Below, one piece after another: positions 28,858-43,006 of a stretch of DNA of 64,000 bases. The notes beneath the pieces are model-generated. The model was given only the letters and a program-made list of their open reading frames with translations. It searched no databases and was not told the origin of the DNA. Position numbers and translations under genes: made by a program. Source of the stretch: Eledone cirrhosa (taxonomy: Eukaryota). The stretch's first letter is position 1. Each line of letters opens with the position of its first letter. The DNA is taken from contig OZ024747.1 of the NCBI GenBank assembly GCA_964016885.1, forward strand, positions 17,670,001 through 17,734,000, given 5' to 3'.

Positions 28858-30121
28858 TAATTGTTTCTACTTTTAGGCACAAGGCCAGCAATTACCCAGT
28901 GCATTACTGGTAATAATAATGCTTTCTTTATTAACCACAAGGGTTTACATAAAGTAGACATTAAGGACAGTACAGGATAATACAGGACGGTACAAATGGG
29001 CATTTCTGCGTGTAAAAAAAAAAAAAACAGAGGATGTAACAAAAAAATAACAATGAAAAATTCCCCAATACGGGGGAGACTTCCGAGGGACATTCGTGGA
29101 GAAAGCCCATTAAAAATCCACAGTGACCCTGACCGCCAGGGCAAGTGCCCTCTCCCAGTTTTCCACCTTTAATTTACAGACACATACTCAGAGTAGGCCC
29201 ATTCACTCCTCGGGCCATTCTTGCCTCTCTCACCCATCTTTCAACAAAATGCTGGGAAGAGAGCACTTCCCTCTCTACCCTGATTTTCCTTGTCAAATGA
29301 AATTTGAAAAAGTTAATCAGGGCATCACCGAAGAGGTAAGTGCTCGTCTTCAGCCCTTTCACACGTGTCCACCATACTATCTATTTCGCCATGGCCACCA
29401 GACAGATAAAAACTGCCTGCCCTTCCCGGCTAAAGGAAGGAGGCGGCAATCCTCACGATGGACTTAGCTGATAGCTGGATCCGTCCTACACGCGACAGCA
29501 GGTGTTCGACATAAACCCACAAGTCAGCAATGCTCGGACACTGGACGAGTGCGTGCAGGACGGTTTCGTCGCCCTGCGGGCATCTCGGACATGCCCGGCT
29601 GACGGCACCTCCATGCCTGTAGAGTTTATCCCGAACTGGCAAAGCTCCTCGGTAGCACTGCCAGGCCAGGGATTTCTGGAAGTTGTCCATAGGCCCCGGC
29701 CCGAAAGTTCTTCCGAAGAGATTGGCTAGTTGATTTTCGTCAACGCCTAGAGTTTCCCCAAGTACGTCGTCGCTCTTCCCCTCCACTAATCCTCTATAGA
29801 ACGCAAAGGTGGAGTTTCCACCGATCACATTGCCCGATTGGTCGAGGGCTGTGAGCGCCTGAAGACATTCCAGTCTCCAAGCGCTCCCTCTCGGTCTTCG
29901 CTTGACCCAGGACTGCAGCTCTGTCAAGGAGACGAGCTGGGGAAAGACGCGTCTAGCAAACGGCGACCACACCTTTACACATTACTGGTACTTTATTTTA
30001 TCGACCGCGTAAGGATGAAAGGCAAAGTTAACTCCGGCGGGATTTGAACTCAGAATGGCAAGGGCCGTAACTCTATACGTCAAAGCATGGCGTCCGACCC
30101 TCTGCCGATACTGCCAATCCA
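28858..30121 (-). mobile_element. SINE split by a Tx1 LINE insertion (parts 28858-28912 and 29980-30121)
   Basis: The halves join to give a complete SINE; CATTACTGGTA is duplicated at 28902-28912 and 29980-29990. Confidence 0.88.
28913..29979 (-). mobile_element. 5'-truncated Tx1 (L1-group) retrotransposon, zf-RVT region plus 3' UTR
   Basis: ORF 29430-29972(-): LAWQCYRGALPVRDKL...CPRC...ETVLHALVQC...LW; homologous to 44417-45966; AATAAA plus (ATT)n tail; 11-bp TSD. Confidence 0.9.
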
Positions 30122-30138
30122 CAATAATAATAATAATA

Positions 30139-31071
30139 AGTAAGGAGCCAATGCTCAAAATTGTACTGAAGGTGAAGACAACAGACCAGGCGATGTCAAA
30201 GGAGGAAATAACAAGGAAGAAGAGCAACCTTCATGAAAAATCCCTTCATAGTACCTTCTTTAGGAAAACTGAATTTAGAGATCCACAGACATGAAACTGG
30301 TTAAAAAGAGGAGAACTTAAAAAAGCTACAGAAGGAATGCTAATGGCTGCGCAAGAGCAAGTCCTCAGAACGAAGTGGGTGAAACACCATATTGACAAGG
30401 AGTAGGCTCACTGTGTAGGATCTGTGGAGAGAGAGAGAGGAGACTGTGGATCACATTGTATCCGAGTGTGAACACCTAGCCCAGACTCACTATAAAGGCT
30501 GGAGACATGATGTGATAGGCAGGGTGATCCACTGGCATCTATGCAAAGTAAACAATTTACCACATTCTGAGAAGTGGTATGAGCATAAGCTAGATTCGGT
30601 AATAGAAAACGATCAGGTGAAGGTGCTGTGGGATTTTAGGATACAGACGGACAAGAAATTAGAACACAATAAGCCTGACCTGGTGGTTTTGGACAAGGAA
30701 AACAGATCGTGTCTGATTGTAGATGTAGCCTGCCCATTTGACACGAGAGTGCAAGAAAAGGAGAGGGAGAAAATTAACCGATACCAGGATTTAAAGTGGG
30801 AGTTAAAAAAGTTAAAAAGGATTTGGAACTGCCATGAAATCAAGGTCGTCCCGATTGTCATAGGCGCACTAGGTACTATCTCAAAGAGTTTCCAATGATG
30901 GTTAAAGAAGATTAGTCCAGCCCCGCTTTTTGGAACACTTCAAAAGGCATGCTTGCTGGGAACAGCAAGAACCCTCTGATACGTCCTGAATATCTGAGGC
31001 TGCAGGTAGCGGCTTGATATTCATTTCAACAAACTTCCCAGTTAAATAACATCAATGACTGAGACTCAAAG
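30139..31071 (+). mobile_element. 5'-truncated R4/Dong-clade retrotransposon (CCHC plus restriction-like endonuclease), pseudogenised
   Basis: TEGMLMAAQEQ, C..C...ETVDHIVSEC...Y...RHD, WDFRIQTD...NKPDLVVLDK...IVDVACPFD...KE.EK...Y..L...VVPIVIGALG; flanked by (AAT)n and (AAC)n. Confidence 0.9.
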
Positions 31072-31117
<46 letters not shown>

Positions 31118-31119
<2 letters not shown>

Positions 31120-31310
31120 AATTGTTTCTACTTTTGGTACAAGGCCAGCAATTATCTCAGTGTATTACTGGTACTTTATTTTATCGACCCCGTAAGGATG
31201 AAAGGCAAAGTTAACCTCGGCGGGATTTGAACTCAGACCATAAAGGGCCGTAACCCTTTGCTGCAAGGCATGGCGTCCGACCCTCTACCGATACTGCTAA
31301 TGCATCGCCC
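31118..31310 (-). mobile_element. tRNA-derived SINE
   Basis: Reverse-complement core and boxes. Confidence 0.9.
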
Positions 31311-31344
<34 letters not shown>

Positions 31345-31440
31345 CCGACGAAAGCAACATGATATTGAAATAATCGTTGTTACTGTAATCGTTCTTATTG
31401 TTCTTCACTTCTTTTTCTTCGTCGTCGTCTTATTGTATAT

Positions 31441-31642
31441 TTAGAGCGTCAGACACCATGTTTTGCAGCATAGAGTTATGGCCCTTTGCGTTCTGAGTTC
31501 AAATTCTGCCGAGGTTAACTTTGCCTTTCATCCTTACGGGGTCGATAAAATAAAGTACCAGTGACACACTGGGGTCGTTTTGATCGACTTTCCCTTCATC
31601 CCCAAATTGCTGGCCTTGTACCTAAATCAGAAACCATTATTA
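31441..31642 (+). mobile_element. tRNA-derived SINE followed by a (TAG)n/(TGG)n field
   Basis: B-box and core. Confidence 0.88.
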
Positions 31643-31646
31643 TTGT

Positions 31647-31683
<37 letters not shown>

Positions 31684-31699
31684 GGTGGTGGTGGTGGTG

Positions 31700-31755
<56 letters not shown>

Positions 31756-31823
31756 GGTGGTGATGGTGGTGGTGGTGGTGGTGTTGGTAGTAGTACTAGT
31801 AGTGGTGGTGGTGGTGGTGGTGA

Positions 31824-31892
<69 letters not shown>

Positions 31893-32652
31893 CAGTAGTA
31901 GTAGTAACAACAACAATAATGGTAATTATAATAATAAAAACAACAACAACAATAATATTAAAAGAAAAGACAAAAATTTAGCGTAAAAAAAAAATAATGT
32001 TAAGAAATGAATAGTTTTTATGACCAGGGTTGTGTTTCTTTCAAGATATGCTATCTATTGAAAGTAATAATATGCTAACACGTTAAAGTTATGTCGCCAT
32101 TTTATAAAGCAAATTGCGGCAAAAAAAAATAGTTAAATGAAAATGGCGGATAATATTAAAAGTTTTGAGATAAAATAAGCAACAAATGATAAAGTTCTTT
32201 CTGGATTGTATACAATTATCTTTAAAGGACACTTAGCTGGACGTGAATGTTTCATAAAACATATATAGCTTGATTAATAAGATGCTGTTTCAAATCTTCA
32301 ATTCAAAGTCGTTTGTAGATACCAGAGTTGCTTTGTATATTCAACTAAAAGAAAGATAGACAGAATGATGGAAAGAAAGTAAAAACAACTAAAATTTAAA
32401 TAAAACAAAAACTCCGTGGCAAAAGATAAAAACCGTTTCTCTTCTATGGAGACTGAAATCTTACCATTTTGGTTTTAGTAACTTTCTGAAGCAATGTTTT
32501 GTGGTTAAATGGATATTGTTGAGTTTTTAAAGTACAAAAGCTAATCACACAACTATCTGAATATGAAAACTGCAGACGAAAGACGAGAAATCGGTGAAAA
32601 AATAAAGAAAGAAAGAAATGGTTATATATGTGTATATGTATATATTTATATT

Positions 32653-32700
<48 letters not shown>

Positions 32701-32717
32701 CATAAATATATATATAT

Positions 32718-33678
32718 ACTAGCTGCTGTACCCAGCGTTGCCTGGGTAGGTAAAATAATATCTGCTTTGATGAAAAGGTGTTGATCTTAATGACTGCGAG
32801 TTTCTTGAAAATCGGTCGTAAGGTGTAGCAAATGGCGAAATGTTGAGTGAAATCGTATGGAATATGTGGGAGGTGGAAAAAATCGTATTTTGAAGAGTTA
32901 AACGGCTGCCACGCCGTCCCTGAACAAGAAATGCAAAGTGTAAAGCTACTATAAGATGTAAAATGATAGGTTCTATCGTAGTATAAAAGTTGAACCAAAT
33001 AAATTGATTTATGTGTGAGGTGGAGCCGAAGTTTCGAATTTGAACGAAATCGGTTGAAAAATGTGGGAGCTAGAGCAGAAAAGGCGGAAATTTGAGCGAA
33101 AAGGTGGTATTTTCGAATATTTAAGCGGCTGTCACGCCGTTCCTGAACAAAAAGTCCAAAATGTAAAGCTACTTTAAGACGTGGAATAATCCGATCTAGC
33201 GTAGTGTAAAATTTGAACAAAGTAGGTAGATTAATGTGGGAGCTAGAGCCGAAAAAGTGGAAATTTGAGTCTAAAAGTGGTATTTTTGAATATTTAAGCG
33301 GCTGCCACGCCGTCCCTGAACAACAAATGCAAAATATAAAGCCATTACAGGATGTGCAATGATAAATTTAATTTTGCTTTAAAGTTTGAACGAAATCGGT
33401 GGCAAAATGTGGGAGCTAGAGCCAAAAATCTTATTTTTCGATACCTAAAAAAAGGTGACCCCCCCCCCCCCCCTATCGATTTTTATCTGCAGAATGACCA
33501 CTGAATAAAAAAAAAAACGATACGCTGATATATAGAAAACACTCGCCGATGACTAATCTATGAGCCTGTAAAGTTTCATGAAAATCAGTCGTAAGATGTA
33601 GGCCCCTATAAGTAATACACAGACACACAGACACACACACACACACACACACATACTTAATTTTAAATATATACAGAT
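32718..33678 (+). mobile_element. Non-autonomous Helitron/Helentron-like (DINE-1/HINE-type) element with internal tandem subrepeats
   Basis: Starts ACTAG..CCCAG-CGTTGC-CTGGG (hairpin); three subrepeats containing CGGCTG.CACGCCGT.CCTGAACAA; ends AAAGTTTCATGAAAATC...(CA)n...ATATATACAGAT; similar start at 63324. Confidence 0.65.
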
Positions 33679-33821
33679 ATAGGTATGTATTCTTGTATGT
33701 ATGCATGCATGTATGTATCTATGCATGTATGTATGTGTATTTGTATGTTTGTATGTATGTATCCATGCATGTATGTATGTATGTATGTATGTTTGTATGT
33801 CTGTATGTATGTATGTTTTAT

Positions 33822-34412
33822 GTCAGGTCACCAGTTGGTGCTACTGGTAACATGTATCCCAGTACAACCTGTCTCATGGTCCGGTCGTTGGCGTCTAAAC
33901 TGGCAACCCCACCAAGGTTTCTTGGTGAGGAGGGTGACTTTGGACATCCTGCAAGACTAAAAACAAAACCTGTCAAAGGGCAAAGGAGCTCTTAAGAGTC
34001 AATGGCCATCCAAAATGACCGGGAGAGATAACCCCTTAGCCTTTGTGAAGGCAGAATTCTAGGAGAAGGAAAACTCTGATATAACACCTGCAACTCTGAT
34101 GGTATCCAATGATGTTGACTTGTTCTTCTTTTTGGTTAAGAGAGTGGAACTGGCTTTGTGCAGTGCCTTTGCTCACTATAAAAGCTTCACGGCACAGGCA
34201 TTGCTTTATATCTGGAGATCTCTCTGCACTTGTCATCACATGGTACCATGGGCCCAGCACTGTGTCAATAATTGTCACAAGTGTAGTGTTTGTACCAGAG
34301 TTTTCAAGTCGCTGGCTGGACTAAAAAGTCACACTCGTTCAGCGCATCGGTAGGGGTTCTCCTACATGGATATAAAGTAGTGGCCGTACTCGAAAACGAG
34401 TTGGCAGCCACC
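33822..34412 (+). mobile_element. Internally deleted RTE-derived element (5' UTR fused to 3' end) within (ATGT)n
   Basis: C-terminal C2H2 finger HKCSVCTRVFKSLAGLKSHTRSAH*; 5' part has CCTGTCAAAGGGC...CTAGGAGAAGGAAAACTCTGA, which I recall as typical of RTE 5' UTRs. Confidence 0.6.
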
Positions 34413-35611
34413 ATGTATGTATGTTTGTATGTATGCATGTATGTATGTATGTATGTATGTATGTATGTATGTATGTATGTATGTATGTTTATTTGTATGT
34501 TTGTATGTATATTTGAATGCATGTATTATGTATATATGTGTGTATGCATGTATGCATGTGTGTATGTACATATGTATGAATGTAGGTATCTATGATTGTA
34601 TGTAGTCTGTATGCATGTATATGTATATGTCAGCGCCTCTTAGTGGTCGATCTATGCTGTTGTGGTGTAAGATAAAATATTCTGTTTCGCATTGCAGTTT
34701 AAGCAAACGATGCGTGGATCAAACAAACTAAAAAGAAAAGTCATTCTAATTTATGGTTAGTTGCAATAATCTTTGCTTATATCTTTTGATATCATTGAAA
34801 GAAGTGATTACGCTTTCGTTTCCAGCAGAAACCTAACGAAGTGGCAGTGAACCAGTGCAAAGAAATGGAAGAAGCTCTTCTATTGAACCAAACCCCTACA
34901 ATGCATAACAAACAAATCTCGCCATTCAAAGAAGTAATAAATAGATAGATAAATCATAATAATTATAAAAGTTAAACAAACAAAAGAAAGCCACAGGAAG
35001 CAAACCGTATGATGTGTAATGTCTTTTAAAAAAACGAATGACATATTAATGATGGCCGATCAGGGAATCTCTTTAGGAAATAAAATAAAAGATAACTAAA
35101 GCCAACCATCACACCACACAACACAAACACAAACACAACAAATAAAACCTTGATTGTATGAAGGAAAGTAAAATAGTTAGATTGGAATTGCCATGGTGAA
35201 ACGGAAAGGAACACAAAACAGCAAGATACATTAAAGAAGAGAAAAAGATGTCGTATATACGTAAGGAGGGAGAAATAATTGGATTTTTATAGTTTATTCA
35301 AATATTTACTGTTGTGTGCTTGGAATACATTCACTGGTATTTCAATGCTAAATGACAAAAATTAACCGGTGATATAAGTATCTTTCTATCTTTGGCAAGC
35401 TTTTAATTTATTTATATTTACATACCTCCCTCCCTGTCTATCTATCTATCTATCTATATATATATATATATATGTGGGGGGGGGCGTATGTGTATCAGGG
35501 AAAAGGCTCAAATCAATTCAAACCCGAATCTTCTTTTAGTGGGTGATCGAATATGACTGATACAAATTTAAGAGTGTAGCTTGTTTATAAATCAGTTTGG
35601 TGAAAGCAACT

Positions 35612-35686
<75 letters not shown>

Positions 35687-36237
35687 ACTGCCGAATAGCT
35701 TTGTTATATTTAACCACTCTGTCGAGAGCTTCATTCGATTTGTGATATTTTGCATTTTCGCAATATTATACACATGAATTCATTCGCCTAATTTAGGTGT
35801 TGCCTCCCTTGCTGAACCCCACGTGGGGTCAGTTACAGACACATCTATGTGGTCTTTAGAACTGAATCCTGTTGATAACGCGCACTCCTAGTTCAGTCAG
35901 GATACGAGAAACTTAACATCCTTTATGTAAGTGGACAGTAAATGACTTATGGAGACGCAGAAACCCCAACACTGGACTTTACCATCATTCCAGGGGTCCG
36001 GTGAGTAAAAAACATTTATGCTTTCATATATTTTTATATCTGTATATCTGTTTGACCCGAAATAGGAGATCGAATCTTCGCTGTGTGGATAATTAGTTCA
36101 ACCACCATCTCAGTGTGTTTGGCCTTTAACGTAAGTTGTAAGCTCTAATTCTTTTGAATTATTGAGCGCTTGCCTCACAATTCGAAAGTGTTTTTTCGGT
36201 ATTTCATAGGCTGAAATTCGATTCTCGCTAATTTTTA

Positions 36238-36345
<108 letters not shown>

Positions 36346-36480
36346 GAGAAAGATCCTAAGTAAAAAAGGTGCAGTGATTAAAAGATAAATTTCTACATTC
36401 TACTCAGTTGTAATGGGTGGGTGCTCATTAAGTTAATGTGCAAATGTTTGAAACAGTACGGTATTTTCTACATACATACA

Positions 36481-36515
<35 letters not shown>

Positions 36516-36683
36516 TCACACATATGGTAACAAAGAATAATTCTGAACTTCAATAAAACACAAATTACAATTATAATTAACTAATTATAATATAACCAAT
36601 CTAATAATTGTACAGTACATAAAATAATGAATATGCAGAAAGAAAAATATTTTATTTTATACATATCATTAATAGAAGAGTGT

Positions 36684-36900
36684 AAGGCGGTGGATTGGCA
36701 GTATCGGTAGAGAGTCGGACGCCATGCTTTGCAGCACAGAGTTACGGTCCTTTACGATCTGAATTCAAATCCCGCCGAGGTTAACTTTGCCTTTCATCCT
36801 TACGGGGTCGATAAAATAAAGCACCAGTAACGTACTGAGGTCGATTTAATCGACTTTCCCCTCCTCCCAAATTACTGGCCTTGTGCATATACTAGAAATC
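36684..36900 (+). mobile_element. Full-length SINE with 19-bp TSD
   Basis: ATCATTAATAGAAGAGTGT at 36665-36683 and 36898-36916. Confidence 0.92.
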
Positions 36901-37766
36901 ATTAATAGAAGAGTGTCAACTTATTTACCTGTTGCCAAATTATTTGAGGGGCAAAAACGAGAGCATATGTAAAGTGAAACCAAACGAGTGATCCTTAGTT
37001 TTATGATCACAGAGAAATTTTGAATATCTTCGTATGTCTTCGGCGTTAACCATAGCCTACATTTTGTCAAGCCAAATGATGCATGAATTCGCACAAACAC
37101 GGTAGTACGTGGATCAGAGTGAAACAAAAATATTACGTAATGCATAAGTTATGAAAATACTACGCAATACATAGATCATTGAACATTCTATATCTAACGT
37201 ATCATCAGGAATTTACCTGATGTAGTTACTATTGACACAAGACATTCATATGTCAGAGTCGAATTCTACTACATTTTGATGGAAATTTTAGCCAGCTTGT
37301 TTAAAATTAAATCACTCTATGTTAATCACTTTTTGTTTCATATTTCATGTTATTTGACATTTTTATTATAATACATCAGTTGGAATATATTATTAGACAG
37401 ATAAATCGGCTAGCGTTCACTTTTGTTTCTCCACTTTTCATTTCATTTACGATTATTACCTATTCTTGTCAATTTTTATCATTTTCAGTGGAAGATGTCT
37501 GTGATGTTAAAACGAAAGATTACCACCAAAAGAATATAAAACCTACGCAAATAAACACTAATAAACCAGCACACGGAATACTTGCATGAGAGAAACCAGG
37601 CGACCTTCAGTAATCTTAGTTTTTAGTTTATTTTGTGTTGTAATTGTTTGTTATCATGATTTTATTCATTAACAAATCACTCGTTAAAGAATTTACTTTG
37701 CGCGTGTGTGTTTGTTTGTGTGTGTGTGTGTGTGTGCTTTTGTGTTTGTGTGTGTATGAGAGAGAG

Positions 37767-37847
<81 letters not shown>

Positions 37848-40800
37848 GTGTGTGTGCGCGCGTGTGTGTGTGTGTGTGTGTTAGAGTAATTATAGAAGCA
37901 ACATGATGTACGAGTGTTTGCGCCATTGGGAATAATTCCACTGCAAATCGTTGAAGAGCATACTTAATTATGCATGTCTCAGTTCATTTAACGAAAGGAG
38001 ATGTCAATGACCATAAAAATACTTTAGGTGTAGCAAAACCTTTTAATTTATAAAAGTATCTCCAATGGAATTGAATACAAAATGAATCAGAAACTTGTAG
38101 CCTGAGTGTTCACATTGTGCAAACGTTATAATTGTATATGTCCTGTAATATAGTGACTGGTCGTTCATTATTTATGTGTCTGTGTGCTGAACCCTTGGCA
38201 TGAGCTGCCTCAAGCTCCTAGCGGACAGAATGAAGTGAACGTTACCTTGGAGGATAGCGAGAAAGACCAACCTAAGCAGCACATGAATCGCTTGGGTGAC
38301 TTGGGAGTGTCTGTTTGGGTTATGTGTGAGGTGCGGAGAAACACGCTTAAAAGATTTATTTTAGTACCACACCTAGCTGTTTCTGATGGATCTGGGAGGA
38401 AATCATATATATATCCTGTCAAGAATAGTTTAGCATATAACTAGCGGACGGTGTAATCAGACCAGTCAGATGACTTGAAGTGCCATAGAATCCGAAAGGT
38501 GGAATGTGTTGTACATCAATTGACTGTGTGATGCCTAGTCACGATGTGACAGTGAGAAGAGGACTCGATGTGTGTAAATACTGTAATAGTGTTGTATTTG
38601 GAGGGATTAGAAATGAGAAAAAGATCAATGTTGTATTGAACGTCAATATACATATTGAAGAAGAAACTTGTTAATGTAGAGAGTTCAATATAGCAATAGA
38701 TTATTACTTTTCGTAAATAAATATTATGTATCTGAATCAATTTCGAAATATATCAGGATCAATTACTGAGTATTCACCTAGAGTGTCAGCAATACATAGA
38801 ATTTTAGGAGAAAAAGTATTCGTCTTTCATTGCTTTTTTGTTTTGTTTTCATTTTCATATTGCTCTTTTAGTATTTCAATTTTTTGTGTGGCGGCGGGGG
38901 GGGGGGGGGGGTTATCTGGCATCTTTCTTTTTAAGAATATCTGTAGAGTAGCCTAATAATTCCCCCAGAACGTCATGGGATATATAAAATATTATCTCTG
39001 TCAGCAAGTGATTATTTTTGCATAGAATATAATTCTTATAATTCAAGCACAATGTACGCAAATGCTTTTAGGCAAACCAGTATTTTATTTCCTATGCTTT
39101 ACACGTACGCACATAAAACACGAACAGAAAACTATTTCTAAAGTTCTCCAAACTATTTACAGCCCCGAAAGTCAGTGTTATCAAATCAAGTAGTCTTTTA
39201 TTCAAAGCCAAACCATTTTTCATTCCTTACATTGACTCCATAAAGTAAATTATTTCCAATTTCAACATGTATACTTCCAATTCGTGCCAAAAGCCTTGCA
39301 GAATGATTTCAAGTCAGCTTTGATCGAAGGTAATATTTCAAGTATTCTTTTCACTATTTATATACCTGAACAGAGTGAACAGAAGAAAGTGATTTTGGAG
39401 AAAAGAAAACATGATTGATGCGTTCTTTCCAAGATACCGAAATGTATTTTAGTTGCTGAACCTAATTCCCAAGGATTACAAAAGTCTATTTGTTTTGCGC
39501 CTCTCCAGAGACGATAATATAGTGCTCTAATACATTCATCAAACGAAATCTGATTAATGTTTGTTTCATAGTTTCTTCCTCTTTTGTGTTTGATATCGCC
39601 ACCATATCATTACCAACAACACATTAATGCTGATATACCGTTATCAAACTAACCCAATACATCAAGTACGTCGAGTGAGTGAGACTAAAGATGGTGGCGT
39701 CGTAAGATAGTAGACAACAAGTAGAGTAGAAGTTCTTTCGTGGTTCGTATTTCATGATTGTGATCGCGGCTAAAAAATGTAATCCTCTACTGACATGTCC
39801 CCCAATTTCTGAATATGTACCTCTCAGGTAGGTCAGATTCCTGAAAACAAAGTAAGTTTAGTAAAACAGAATTACAGAATGTTCTTTTCTTTGATAACTG
39901 ACCACTTGATGTGGTGTGTAGACGCACCATTAACTGATCGTTCGATGTCAGTAAGCGATCAGTGACCAACCAATCAGCGTGAAGTTTTATTGTTATGTTG
40001 ACAGTTCAAACTATAAATAGTGTAAGCATCCGTTGGAGAAGGGGTTTTCTCATTTCAGTGTATATTGCTGTGTTGCTATGACATTTTTACATACTCTTTT
40101 CTGAGGTTTCTTTCCTCATTACTAATAAGGGATTTGGTATTATGACAACAAATTGACGACGAGAAACTCACTCAACATTGCAATAACTGCAGAAGAATTA
40201 ATATCTCCGTTCGACGCAGTTCAATTACAGCTGATAGAAAACTTGACCGAGCAAATGTCACTTCAGTCATCAGATACATAGTTCGATTTATAATTTCATT
40301 CAACAATATTCGGTCCTTATAACGCCATTTCAATGCCTTTACGTATATTCCTTTTCCTTTTATTTTTTGTCTCTGCTGTTCTTCAATAAAGGACCATTGT
40401 CTGAAACACTGAAGTCTCCTTTCAGACTTTCTCCTTTGAGACGTAATTACCTTATAATCTTATTTTTCAGGGGAAGTGATATCAAATTGATAGTAAACAA
40501 CCATATGTTTTAATAGGGTAATATAAATGTCTAAAGTTTACTCGTACTTGCAACCCCAAGTAATGGAGTAGACTTCTAAACGCTCCGGAAATACCTTGTT
40601 TACCAAATGAAGTAAATCGTTGAGAAATTCAACTTCTCGCAGAGCTATCTTGCCGACATACGTGCACTTCAACAACAACAACAACAATAATTATAATAAT
40701 AATGATAATAATAATAACGGCAGCAAATAAAGGAATGAAGCAAATATGGCAAATTATATCGTGTCACTTCATTTAAGTAGAATTCATTTGGATTTATAGT

Positions 40801-41995
40801 TTGTTACAGAACCATACAAACTATTTCTAAACAAGCCAAACAAACACTCGATTCAAGATAGATGCCGAAAGCAATCGGATTGATTCAATCAAAAATCTTA
40901 TCATTCATATCAGAATATTCAAGTAGAAAAATAGTAACAAAACATAAAATTTCATCCATCTAGATAATTCTTTATCCTTCAGGAGAACACAGCAACAGTA
41001 TTCTTTTAAATAATATAATTGTTTTTTCACAAATACTTTCTTCTTTCGGTGTCAGTAATATGAGAGACATAATTCAATGGAATGTGTTGGTGTGCGATAG
41101 GAATGGGAAATATTTAATGTCTTTGTGACAGTCCTTCTTTCCATTATCGAAAATGTTTTGAAAATGTAAATTAAAGATTTACTAACCACCGTAAGGTGCA
41201 CTATGTTACAAGTATTCAGAACAAGTCTTCATTGTTGGTATAACTGTTGTACCTTTATCCGCTGGTATACTCTACTTCAACAACCTATGAGTCGTAGATT
41301 TTCCTGAAATTAGTTCCAAGGGCTCTGCTGAGATCCGAAACATTGCCTTTCATCCGTCGACAAAGTAAGCATATTTTTTTACAATGCGGAAGAGAAATGT
41401 CTAATAATTTGGATACGATTCTTCTTTCTTTCCTACGCGGGAAAATTAATGAATAAGTGAAATAAAGGTTAAATAATTTCGTGGCAGATTTATTCTACCG
41501 CTCGGCTTAACACCACTGAATGATGCTTGAATGACTTAAGCGAAGTCAATTCGGAACAGGTGTCCAGTCTAGGAATCACTCAATATCCTAATGCGCTGCT
41601 TCCTTCGACGGTTACCCACCAATCATGGCTTCTTTCTCCATTCTTGCAATTAATTCTGTGGTTCATGCCAAAATCCTGCGTACTGCCCTTCTTCCTCTGG
41701 CAAATAATCGATGACGCTGATGATTCTGTAGTGTCAGGCTAATAAAGGATAAATCTTTCTCCATATCAAGAGCACTGATGTTCTGAATGTAACTACGTTT
41801 TTGTTTGATTTTTGTTGGAGTTGTTATTTACTCCACCAAGGGAATTATATGAGGCGCGGATTAACAGAACATCGGGCCACAAGGGTAGAACGTCGAGTGG
41901 ATACTTCAAATTCTGATGAGGTTAACTTTGCCTTTCATCCTTTCGAAGTCGATAAAAAAAATACCAGTTCAGGACTGGGGTCAATTCTTGCTCCA

Positions 41996-42079
<84 letters not shown>

Positions 42080-42105
42080 ACTCCCTCTCTCTATCCCTCT
42101 ATCTA

Positions 42106-42183
<78 letters not shown>

Positions 42184-42212
42184 TCCCTCTCTCTATCCCT
42201 CTCTCTCTCTCC

Positions 42213-42246
<34 letters not shown>

Positions 42247-42884
42247 TTATCTCTTTCCTTTTTCTTTCTGGAAGAAATTGGCTGTGTTCAGACCTGGAGA
42301 GAGATGGGCTCCACTAGGTTTCGGGTGCACAAAATACATCGCATGTCCCTACGGCACTACTACAACTGAAGAAGGAGTTACGAATCCATACATACATAGG
42401 AATTATAATCATAACTGCACGACAATAAACTCTTCTTTAATTCCATGTTTAATTTTTTTTTAGCGTATAGTGGAGAATTTAACCAGTGTAACATATGTAA
42501 TTAGAAATATGTGAACTTTGCTGTTGAGAGTCCAGAATCGTTGTTATGAGCATTCTAATTTGTTCTCAATTCATTTGACTCTTCTCTCTCCTGATTTGAA
42601 AACAAGTTCACAGTAAGCAGCCATCCCACAAACACTTTCCATCATCTCTTCATCTTTCTCTCTTATATTGTCTTACTTATTTTCCTCCTGATACCTCATT
42701 CTCTTTCTCTTCTGTGTTTCTCCTTCGTATCTATAGTGAATAAAAATGAGTAGGAAATTTACAATTTGTTTTTTTGTTTTTTTAGTTCAGAAGGGGAGAA
42801 AAAGGAAGACAAATTATCAGACGATCGATATAATTTCTTACATCGTTTATCTATTGATGCCTTTTTCATTGACATTTTTCCTAG

Positions 42885-43006
<122 letters not shown>

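Noticed and set aside
32444-33220. 258-aa minus-strand ORF
   Set aside because: It runs through Helitron-like subrepeats and microsatellites, with no recognisable domain
38130-38320. Possible very old LINE 3' fragment
   Set aside because: The similarity is too faint to support by eye
39570-39860. Possible minus-strand exon after an acceptor-like TTTGTTTTCAG
   Set aside because: The translation is unrecognisable and no partner exon was found; RNA-seq is needed
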